Part shown: piece by piece, positions 57,901 to 64,000 of the stretch
Numbering within the stretch: the stretch's first letter is position 1
Layout: every line of letters begins with the position of its first letter
Assembly (NCBI GenBank): GCA_963833705.1
Contig: CAWHYQ010000001.1
Span: forward strand, 499,583 to 563,582
Direction: 5' to 3'
Length of the DNA: 64,000 nucleotides
From: an uncultured Chloroflexia bacterium
GTDB lineage: Bacteria; Chloroflexota; Limnocylindria; Limnocylindrales; CSP1-4
Notes under the pieces: model-generated
The model's input: the letters and a program-made list of their open reading frames with translations, nothing else
The model's database searches: none
Told to the model about the DNA's origin: nothing
Translations under genes and position numbers: made by a program

Positions 57901-58801
57901 TCTCGACGGTGTGCCCGTCGGGCACCGGAAAGTGTGGGATCCGGAGCTGGCCGAGCGGCAGGGTGATGTCGGTCATCTCGGCGATGCGTCTGGTGTTCCG
58001 GATGGCGTCGAGGTTGTCGGGGAAGAGCGCAGCCATCTGGGCCGCCGACTTCACGTAGAACTCGTGGGTGTCGAAACGCATCCGGTTGGGCGTGTCGAGG
58101 TTGTTGCCGGTGCCGATGCACAGCAGCACGTCGTGCGCCTCGGACTGGTCCTCGCGGACGTAGTGCAGGTCGTTGGTCACGACCAGCGGCAGGCCGGCCT
58201 CCGGCGCCAGGCGGAGCAGCTGTTCGTTGAGCCGGCGCTGGTCGGGCAGGCCGTGGTCCTGGAGTTCGAGGTAGAACCGGTCGGGCCCGAAGATGTCGCC
58301 GTACTCGCCGGCGAGCTTGCGGGCCAACTCCCAGTCGTCGGTCTCGAGCGCGCGCGGGATCTCACCGCTCAGGCAGGAGCTGAGCCCGATCAGCCCCTCG
58401 CTGTGCCGGGCGAGATGCTCGCGGTCGATCCGCGGCTTGTAGTAGTACCCGTCGATGTGGGCGTCGGTGATGAGGCGGCAGAGGTTGCGGTAGCCCACGA
58501 GGTCCTGCGCGAGCAGGATGAGGTGGAACGGCTGGGCGTCGGCTTTGCCCTCCTTGTCGGTCATGGACCGCCGCGCGACGTAGGTCTCCACGCCGATGAT
58601 CGGCTTGATGCCCTTGGTCTTCGCGGCCTGGTAGAACGCGACCGCGCCATACAGGGCGCCGTGGTCCGTGATCGCCAGCGAATCCATGCCCAGCTGGGCC
58701 GCCGTGTCGACCAGCTCCGTGATCCGGCCGAGGCCGTCGAGCAGGCTGAACTCGGAGTGCACGTGGAGGTGCGTGAAGTCGTTCGGGGCGAGGGTCGTCA
58801 C
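54938..58801 (-). CDS. dnaE: DNA polymerase III alpha subunit DnaE, with a roughly 200-aa C-terminal extension
   Basis: PHP domain (FTHLHVHSEFSLLDG), polymerase core and OB-fold region, followed by a Gly/Pro-rich linker and an extra terminal segment. The start is GTG. Confidence 0.95.
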   Translation of the reverse strand: MTTLAPNDFTHLHVHSEFSLLDGLGRITELVDTAAQLGMDSLAITDHGALYGAVAFYQAAKTKGIKPIIGVETYVARRSMTDKEGKADAQPFHLILLAQDLVGYRNLCRLITDAHIDGYYYKPRIDREHLARHSEGLIGLSSCLSGEIPRALETDDWELARKLAGEYGDIFGPDRFYLELQDHGLPDQRRLNEQLLRLAPEAGLPLVVTNDLHYVREDQSEAHDVLLCIGTGNNLDTPNRMRFDTHEFYVKSAAQMAALFPDNLDAIRNTRRIAEMTDITLPLGQLRIPHFPVPDGHTVESWLRAECQLGLERRYGTVTPELQERLDYELGVILQMGYAGYFLIVADFIRFAREQGIQTTCRGSAPGSIVTYTLGITPVDPILYQLPFERFLNPDRVTMPDIDVDFEDGRREEVIAYVGRKYGQDHVAQIITFGTMLARAAIRDVGRVLGHSYGEVDRIAKAVPNQLGIRLDEALQVAPALREQVDADPGVKRIIDFARHLEGVARNASTHAAGVVISREPLTELMPLQKATNSDGLMSQYEMHAIEALGLLKFDFLGLSNLTILRQAVDLVRANRGIAIDLDDIPLDDATTFELLASGETTGVFQLESAGMRRYVRDLQPTSVYDLAAMVALYRPGPMDNIPAYIRRKHGQEPVTYLHPLLEPYLAKTYGIFVYQEDIMSAAIALGGFTGPEADTLGYAIRKKKSAVLRAQKEKFVTQAAERGVAANVIDAVFTAFEPFERYGFNKAHATCYGLIAYQTAYMKANHTVDYMTAVLTAFRSNEEKVAAAVAECRRMGIEVLPPDVHRSQLEFTVEGDAIRFGLLAVKNVGQGAIESIIAARDEGGEFRSLTDFCTRIDLRLANRKVLETLAKVGALSAFGHPSQILLGLDDAIGAGQATQRDRISGQTSLFDLGAADAAAFERPLPNATEVPVRERLRWEKELLGLYLSEHPMGEVAEQISAFVTAYSSDLRDESLDGQRVVVGGIVTGVRTVVTKARATMAIVTMEDLQGTVEVVVFPRLYEQTGSTWRDGEILLVAGRVDHKGEDISLLADLAVEWEGAVAAGPEAFARQVAAGERGAGRRGPGANGNGHGAIGGERPGTFPPRPMVAVGPGQPAPVGVGGGVGGPASPGRPQVAVPFVSPRRGGVAEASLPSIAPAEPVSAYVANPGAAVGPDEDDEPTVPDEARARIVADATADAPVDAGPDTILHVRFAGSAPPDRLVGAMETFKAVLRDRPGSTRVVIHIPGPGGGPPLPMELRRGVAYDAELLAEVRRRLGDGLVDLRLA

Positions 58802-58810
58802 GGGAGGTCA

Positions 58811-58816
58811 ATGGTA
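58811..58816 (-). promoter_or_regulatory. -10-like TACCAT, 9 nt upstream of the dnaE GTG; part of a 17-nt motif repeated at 62509-62525
   Basis: The minus strand reads CTACCATTGACCTCCCGTGacg. Confidence 0.35.
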
Positions 58817-58847
58817 GTCGGACGGCCGCGGCGGGGATTGGGCGGGC

Positions 58848-59636
58848 TCAGCCGGTTTGGTCGGCGCGCTCCCACCAGGTGACGGTGGCGATGAGTCCAA
58901 CGGTGGAAACAAGAACGACCGTGGCGATACCGCCCGGACCTGCGGGCTCGACCGCTGCGCCTCCCGCCCCCGCGAGGATGGCCGGCACCGCCCACGGAAA
59001 CCACGCTCCCCAACCGAGGACCGCGAGGACCTGCGAGGCGGCCACGGTGGCAACGGCCCAGGCCAGGGGCGCGATGTAGCCGTGACCGACCCCAGCGAAG
59101 AACGCGGTCATACCCTGCAGGGCGATCGTCAGAAGCGCGGCGAACGCGATGGTCGCGAGCGCTTGGATCGCCGCCGATCCCGACCAGCCCGGGAGGCCGA
59201 TCAGCCCTCCGATCGCGAGGCCGAGCAGTAGGACCCAGCCGGAGATCGCCACGCCCCAGGCGGCGATGACCAAGGCCTTGGCGATGACGATCGTCCGTCG
59301 CGGTGTCGCGGACGCGAGCAGCCCGCGGACGGTCCGGTCGGCGAACTCGCGACCAAAGATCCACGCGGTCAGGAACGCGAACAAGATGGAGCCGCCTATG
59401 GTCACCGCCTGCCCGAGAAGCGACCAGTAGGTCGGCCAGTCAGCGGTCCCTGCGGTCAGTTGTGCTTTGGCCCCGAGCAGGCCTAGATTCCGGGCCGCCT
59501 CCGGATCCTTGAGGATCACCATGAACAGGCCCATGACCAGGGGTGCGATCGAGAACCCAGTGGCGACTCCCCAGGGCACGCGGGAGCGGCGGCTCTTCAG
59601 GAACTCGGTCGCGATCGCCGCGCGGAGGCCTGTCAC
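58848..59636 (-). CDS. ABC-2 type transporter permease
   Basis: 262 aa with six hydrophobic segments. Overlaps the upstream ATPase gene by 4 nt. Confidence 0.7.
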   Translation of the reverse strand: MTGLRAAIATEFLKSRRSRVPWGVATGFSIAPLVMGLFMVILKDPEAARNLGLLGAKAQLTAGTADWPTYWSLLGQAVTIGGSILFAFLTAWIFGREFADRTVRGLLASATPRRTIVIAKALVIAAWGVAISGWVLLLGLAIGGLIGLPGWSGSAAIQALATIAFAALLTIALQGMTAFFAGVGHGYIAPLAWAVATVAASQVLAVLGWGAWFPWAVPAILAGAGGAAVEPAGPGGIATVVLVSTVGLIATVTWWERADQTG

Positions 59637-60562
59637 GCGACACCCGCTTCGTCGCTGGTGAGTCGCATGAAGTGCTCCTCGAGCGACTCCCGGGCGATCG
59701 CCAGGTGCGTCGGTGGCACGCCTGCCGACACAAGGATCTCGGCGACCCTCTCAGGCGCCTCAAGGGCCAACGGGTCGCGGAGCTCGAGTCGCTCGTCCCC
59801 CCGCCTTTGCGGCGTCAGGCCGGCCGCCAGTAACGCGGTCTCGGCGACCGCGAGATCGCGAGTCGCGACTTCGAGACGCCGGTCTCGCCGCCGCTCGAGG
59901 GCGTCGCTATCGAGTTCCTCGACCAGCCGGCCTCGATGCACGATGCCGATCCGATCTGCCAACAGATCGACCTCGCCGAGGATGTGACTGGACATGAAGA
60001 CGGTCACGCCCTCGTGCTGTGCGAGGTCGCGAAGCAGGTCGCGGATCTCGACGACCCCCGCTGGATCAAGACCATTCGCCGGCTCGTCGAGGATCAGGAG
60101 TTCGGGACCGTGCAGCAGGGCGCGGGCGAGGGCGAGCCGCTGGAGGTTCCCGAGCGACAGAGTGCCGGCTCGCCGGCTCGCATAGGCGTTGAGCGCAAGC
60201 CGGTAGATCATCAGGTCCACCCGCCGACGGTCCTCGACGCCGGCCAGCCGCCGGGCGACGTCGAGGTTCTCGACGACAGTCAGTTCCGGATAGGCGGTGG
60301 CGGTCTCGACCAGGTGCCCGACGCGACGCCACAGGTGGTTCGCCCCCGCCACGACTCGAACCCCGAACAGTTCGGCGTGCCCAGCGGTGGGCTTGATCAT
60401 TCCCAGCAGCATCCGGATCGTCGTCGACTTGCCGGCACCGTTGAGGCCGAGCAGGGCGTAGATCTCGCCACGAGCGACCCGCAGGTTCACCCCGTCGACC
60501 GCGAGCACGTCGCCTCGGTAGCGCTTGGTCAGCGCGTCGGTCGAAATGGCTTGATCGCTCAT
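59633..60562 (-). CDS. ABC transporter ATP-binding protein (ABC-2 / DrrA-like)
   Basis: GLNGAGKSTT Walker A, LSLGNLQRLALARAL signature, LLILDEP Walker B. Confidence 0.9.
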   Translation of the reverse strand: MSDQAISTDALTKRYRGDVLAVDGVNLRVARGEIYALLGLNGAGKSTTIRMLLGMIKPTAGHAELFGVRVVAGANHLWRRVGHLVETATAYPELTVVENLDVARRLAGVEDRRRVDLMIYRLALNAYASRRAGTLSLGNLQRLALARALLHGPELLILDEPANGLDPAGVVEIRDLLRDLAQHEGVTVFMSSHILGEVDLLADRIGIVHRGRLVEELDSDALERRRDRRLEVATRDLAVAETALLAAGLTPQRRGDERLELRDPLALEAPERVAEILVSAGVPPTHLAIARESLEEHFMRLTSDEAGVA

Positions 60563-60647
60563 GCCGCAAGGCTAGACGAGCCGATGACTCGACCGATGTA
60601 CCTCTTCGGTCCGTCCGAAGACGCCGAGATCCGGAACCTTTGAACCG

Positions 60648-61454
60648 TCAGCCGGCCGCGATGTCACGCCTCTCGACGGCTCGGAGACCGAACAACACCA
60701 GCAGGATCGACGGCACGGCCAGCGCGATGAAGCGCCAGAGATCGGCGCCGTGCTCCAGGGGATCGCCGGCCAGAGCCCAGCTCCACGGCGAGAGCTGGCT
60801 CCAGGGCTCGAGGGCGCTGCTGAAGGAGAACAGGGCGACCACCATGTAGCTCAGGACGGCGAGCTCGATGCCGGCGCCGATCACGACGGACGGCCGCGGC
60901 CGGGCGCAGGCGATGGCGAACGCAAGGCTTCCGAAGAACGTCGCGAGAACGACATCCAACAGGATGGTCGAGACCAGATCGCCAAGGTCGATCGGCAGAT
61001 CGACCACGGCGTCCATCGCGACCTGGACGACCGCCATCACGAGCGTGACCACGAGGAGGCCGATGAACGCGGCGACCGCGCGCCCGAGGTAGACCGCCGG
61101 GCGGCGCACCGGCTGCGCGAGATACAGCTCCAAGCGGCCGCCGGCTTCCTCGCTTGCGGTCTGGCCGCCGACCAGCGTGACGGCGACCGCCACCAGCAGG
61201 ATGGGCACCAGGATCTCGTACAGGTTCGCCCGGAGGTACCCGGATGGCGAGCCGAAGTCCTGCAGACCGAACGCCGCCAGCGCGCTGCTCGGAAGGTGGT
61301 TGAGCGCATCGGTGATCCCGGTTGAGCCCTTGAAGATGGGCCAGAACACCACGGTGAGGACAACCAACGCGGCCATGCCCACGGACCACCAGGCGATGGC
61401 CCGGCGCATGGATCGGAGCGGGCCAGCTACCAACTCGAGCTGGAGACTGTTCAC
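60648..61454 (-). CDS. ABC-2 type transporter permease
   Basis: 268 aa and multi-TM. Overlaps the upstream ATPase gene by 4 nt. Confidence 0.7.
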   Translation of the reverse strand: MNSLQLELVAGPLRSMRRAIAWWSVGMAALVVLTVVFWPIFKGSTGITDALNHLPSSALAAFGLQDFGSPSGYLRANLYEILVPILLVAVAVTLVGGQTASEEAGGRLELYLAQPVRRPAVYLGRAVAAFIGLLVVTLVMAVVQVAMDAVVDLPIDLGDLVSTILLDVVLATFFGSLAFAIACARPRPSVVIGAGIELAVLSYMVVALFSFSSALEPWSQLSPWSWALAGDPLEHGADLWRFIALAVPSILLVLFGLRAVERRDIAAG

Positions 61455-62344
61455 GGCTTGCCGCCGCCGTACAGGTCGAGGAAGGCTTCCTCCAGGTCTG
61501 GCTCCTCGACGAGCATGGAGGCGACCCGGTGCTGCGCCAGGAGCGTCAGCAGTGGCCCGATGGCACCCGACAGGGTTGCCGTGAAACGCTGGCCGATGAC
61601 CAGTGGGTTCACGAGGCCTGGCAGGGCCGTCAGCTCGGCGGTGGGCGGCGCATCCTCGAAGAACACCTCCACGTGGGAGCGAGCGCGGCCGACGAAGTCG
61701 GCCATGGTGCCGGAAGCAACGACCGTCCCTTCACGAAGGACGGCGACGCGGTCGGCGACGCGCTGGACCTCGGACAGGACGTGCGATGAGAGGAAGACCG
61801 TGGCGCCGGCGTCGCGTGCCTCGCGTAGCAGGTCGATGCACTCTCGCTGCATGAGCGGATCCAGCCCGCCCGTCGGCTCGTCCAGGACCAGCAGCTCGGC
61901 GTTGGCGAGGAAGGCGAGCACCAGCACCACCTTGCGACGGTTTCCGCTGGAGAGCTCTTTCATCGGCCGGTGCAGGTCCAGCTGGAGCCGTTCCGCGAGT
62001 TGATCGCGCCGCGCGACGTCGAAGCCGCCTCGAAGCCGGCTGATGCTGGAGATGAACTCCGCGGCCGTCAGTCGCTCAGGGAGGCGCAGCTCGCCCGGCG
62101 CGTAGGCGAGGCGCCGGCGGATCGGAACGCCGTCCAGGATGGCATCCAGACCGAAGACGCGAACCGCGCCGGCCGTCGGCCGGAGAAGCCCGAGGAGGCA
62201 GCGAATGGTGGTGCTCTTGCCTGCGCCGTTCGGTCCCAGGAAGCCGAACACCTCGCCCTGCTCGACGGTCAGCTCCAGGTCCACGACGCCGCGCTGGGTG
62301 CCGTAGGACTTGGTCAGCTTCTCGGTTTCGATGATGGCAGTCAT
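61451..62344 (-). CDS. ABC transporter ATP-binding protein (ABC-2 / DrrA-like)
   Basis: The ATG at 62344 begins MTAIIETEKLTKSYG. Motifs GPNGAGKSTT, LSSGNRRKVVL and LLVLDEP. The track ORF extends to 62488 without family support. Confidence 0.9.
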   Translation of the reverse strand: MTAIIETEKLTKSYGTQRGVVDLELTVEQGEVFGFLGPNGAGKSTTIRCLLGLLRPTAGAVRVFGLDAILDGVPIRRRLAYAPGELRLPERLTAAEFISSISRLRGGFDVARRDQLAERLQLDLHRPMKELSSGNRRKVVLVLAFLANAELLVLDEPTGGLDPLMQRECIDLLREARDAGATVFLSSHVLSEVQRVADRVAVLREGTVVASGTMADFVGRARSHVEVFFEDAPPTAELTALPGLVNPLVIGQRFTATLSGAIGPLLTLLAQHRVASMLVEEPDLEEAFLDLYGGGKP

Positions 62345-62639
62345 GCGATCCGGGTCAATGTACTGAACGCGCGGGATCCGGGTTGCGTGGGCGCCCACGT
62401 CAGCGTGCGCGCAAATGGAACGTGTATCCCGGTCCCCAGTTCTTCGACGCCCCGGGCCGTGCTGCTTGACCGGTGGAGCTGCGTGCACTCGTTCCGGGCG
62501 ATGGGCATCGGGAGGTCAATGGTAGCCCGGGGCCTTTGACACGGTGGGCCGGCGTGACCCTCATCGACCAACAGGAGTTCGGGCACGCTGGACCTTCGAC
62601 CTATGGTCGCCCGAGCCAGGTCGCTCCTAGATAGGACGT

Positions 62640-63209
62640 GTGACGCTCTTCGACCTCTATCCTTTTCTGTTCCTCCTTGGCGTGTTCGGGCTGGCCATCC
62701 TGTGGGAGGTCCGGCGCCTCGTGACGGCGAGGGTTGCGGCCCGTCGGGCCGTGACCGGCGCGATGGCGGGCCTCGTCGTCCTGATGGTCATCTCGCTCCC
62801 GGTCCGGCTCCTGGCCCCGGCTCCGTTGATCAACTCGTCACGGCTCCTCAGTTGGCGCATAGCCGGCGGGTCCATCGGCGTCGCGTCCGATCCGGCGACG
62901 ACGCCGACGACGAATGTGCTCACGATCGAGGTCGAGCACCCGGGCTGTGCGCCGATCGAGGCCGGCCCGTGGCTCGCGGACCCGATCGTCTTGTCCACAC
63001 CGTGGTCGGTGACCATCACGATGCACATGAACGACACGCCGGATACCGCCGGCTGCTCGTCCATGGAGGGCCTACACGACGGTTCGCTTCCCCTCGTCGG
63101 CGGCTACCTCACGGGCATCTTCGTGCCAGTCCAACTGAACGAACCGCTCGGGGACCGGATGCTGTTCGACGGCTCGGCGTTCCCCCCGGCGACGCGCCCA
63201 TCTCGCTGA
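62640..63209 (+). CDS. hypothetical membrane-anchored protein
   Basis: GTG start with two N-terminal hydrophobic segments. I recognise no family. Confidence 0.45.
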   Translation: MTLFDLYPFLFLLGVFGLAILWEVRRLVTARVAARRAVTGAMAGLVVLMVISLPVRLLAPAPLINSSRLLSWRIAGGSIGVASDPATTPTTNVLTIEVEHPGCAPIEAGPWLADPIVLSTPWSVTITMHMNDTPDTAGCSSMEGLHDGSLPLVGGYLTGIFVPVQLNEPLGDRMLFDGSAFPPATRPSR

Positions 63210-63218
63210 GGCGACGCC

Positions 63219-63926
63219 GTGCCTTCGGTCCCGCTCATCGACTACGCGCAGCACCTCGGCACCGGCGCCAAGCTCCTGTGCACCCGACCGCCCATCGACG
63301 TTGCGATCGACCAGCCAAGCTGCGGCCGGCCGGCGATCGTCATCGTGTCGATCGGGTCTGCCTACGCGGTCTGTCGGCGCCACCTGCGCGACCTGGCCAC
63401 CACCCGCGTCCTCGCCAAGACCGACACCGGGTCGCTCGCCGCGCTCGGCCCTGATCGGCTGTGGCACCGCGTCAGTCAGACCTGGTACCGCAACGAGCTC
63501 GACAACACCTGGCACCGGTTCCGGAGGCTGAACGGGCACGATGGCGCCGCGACCTACCTGACCCTCATGGACGACCCGACCATCACCCGTCCCTGTGACT
63601 TCGCCGCCGAGGTCGATGCTGCCGGCCGGACCGTGACGCGCAACGAGTGGGTCTGCGAGGGCGACGTACAGCTCTCGAGCGACGCCCCGCGATCGCGTGG
63701 CGTCATCGAGCACCCGCCCTCGTTCTCGGCGTCGATCCCCTGCTCATCGTCAGATGCCGTGGCCCTGCTCGCGCCGACCGTGCGGGACACGAGGGTCGCG
63801 ATCCTGGCCTGCCAGGCGCACACGTCCTGGCTGATCGAGCATGGCTATGTCGACGATGTGTACAGCGGCGTCATGGCGCGGCAAGAGTCCGGACGCTGGG
63901 TGACCGCCCGGACCTCGCGGCCGTAG
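63219..63926 (+). CDS. hypothetical Cys-containing protein
   Basis: GTG start 10 nt after the upstream stop. 235 aa. I recognise no family. Confidence 0.45.
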   Translation: MPSVPLIDYAQHLGTGAKLLCTRPPIDVAIDQPSCGRPAIVIVSIGSAYAVCRRHLRDLATTRVLAKTDTGSLAALGPDRLWHRVSQTWYRNELDNTWHRFRRLNGHDGAATYLTLMDDPTITRPCDFAAEVDAAGRTVTRNEWVCEGDVQLSSDAPRSRGVIEHPPSFSASIPCSSSDAVALLAPTVRDTRVAILACQAHTSWLIEHGYVDDVYSGVMARQESGRWVTARTSRP

Positions 63927-64000
63927 CCCTTCGGCGCCGCGAGTCGACCCGCCCGGCGGATCACGTCGTCGGCCTACACACGTCCGACTGCTCAGTCGAT

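Noticed and set aside
58802-58882. Plus-strand SD-like GGGAGGT followed by ATG at 58811 (and the same at 62519), considered as a small plus-strand gene start.
   Set aside because: The spacing between SD and ATG is only 2-3 nt. The downstream frames are short Arg/Gly-rich text. The element is better explained on the minus strand as a promoter-like motif abutting start codons.
60603-60621. Hairpin TCTTCGG-N5-CCGAAGA between the two ABC-2 modules, considered as an intrinsic terminator.
   Set aside because: No T-tract follows it on the coding (minus) strand. It may only be a stabilising stem, and the evidence is insufficient to call a terminator.

Overview
This is a very GC-rich bacterial chromosomal segment, densely coding and mostly on the minus strand. 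The gene order resembles a high-GC Terrabacteria lineage, possibly deep Actinomycetota. That placement rests on the uvrC / rapZ-yvcK-whiA-tpiA-secG and polA-coaE-uvrB-uvrA neighbourhoods, GAAC-N4-GTTC LexA boxes and many leaderless-looking starts, and it is inference only.

Content:
- Eight tRNAs.
- Sec and Tat export genes: secD, secF, secG, tatA, tatC.
- Glycolysis genes tpiA and gpmI, plus pyrF and coaE.
- A concentration of DNA repair and replication genes: uvrA, uvrB, uvrC, a UvrD-like helicase, recJ, mutM, polA and dnaE.
- An ECF sigma / anti-sigma pair.
- Two ABC-2 exporter modules.
- An MFS-htpX-lemA group.
- Several hypothetical genes.
- No transposase, integrase, CRISPR array or rRNA was seen.

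Most interesting observations:
1. A translationally coupled five-gene plus-strand operon at 47913-53659. It combines OleA-like, OleC-like and OleD-like enzymes with a GT2 glycosyltransferase and a P450, but has no OleB. It is a candidate beta-lactone or modified-lipid pathway.
2. A roughly 4.3 kb secreted phosphoesterase gene. Its alkaline-phosphatase-like N-terminal half is intact. Its AcpA/PLC-like C-terminal half is broken by at least ten frame changes.
3. Single frame changes in otherwise well-conserved housekeeping genes (whiA, tatA, tatC, recJ, uvrA, hen1). These are either assembly indels or real lesions.
4. A recurring TAnnnT hexamer 6-9 nt upstream of start codons, which looks like leaderless mRNA architecture. 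Cheo-type LexA boxes sit next to it at uvrA and uvrB.

The supplied ORF track starts ORFs at GTG as well as ATG and always takes the longest form. Many listed long ORFs are therefore alternate-frame artefacts of the GC-rich sequence, or fusions created by frame changes.
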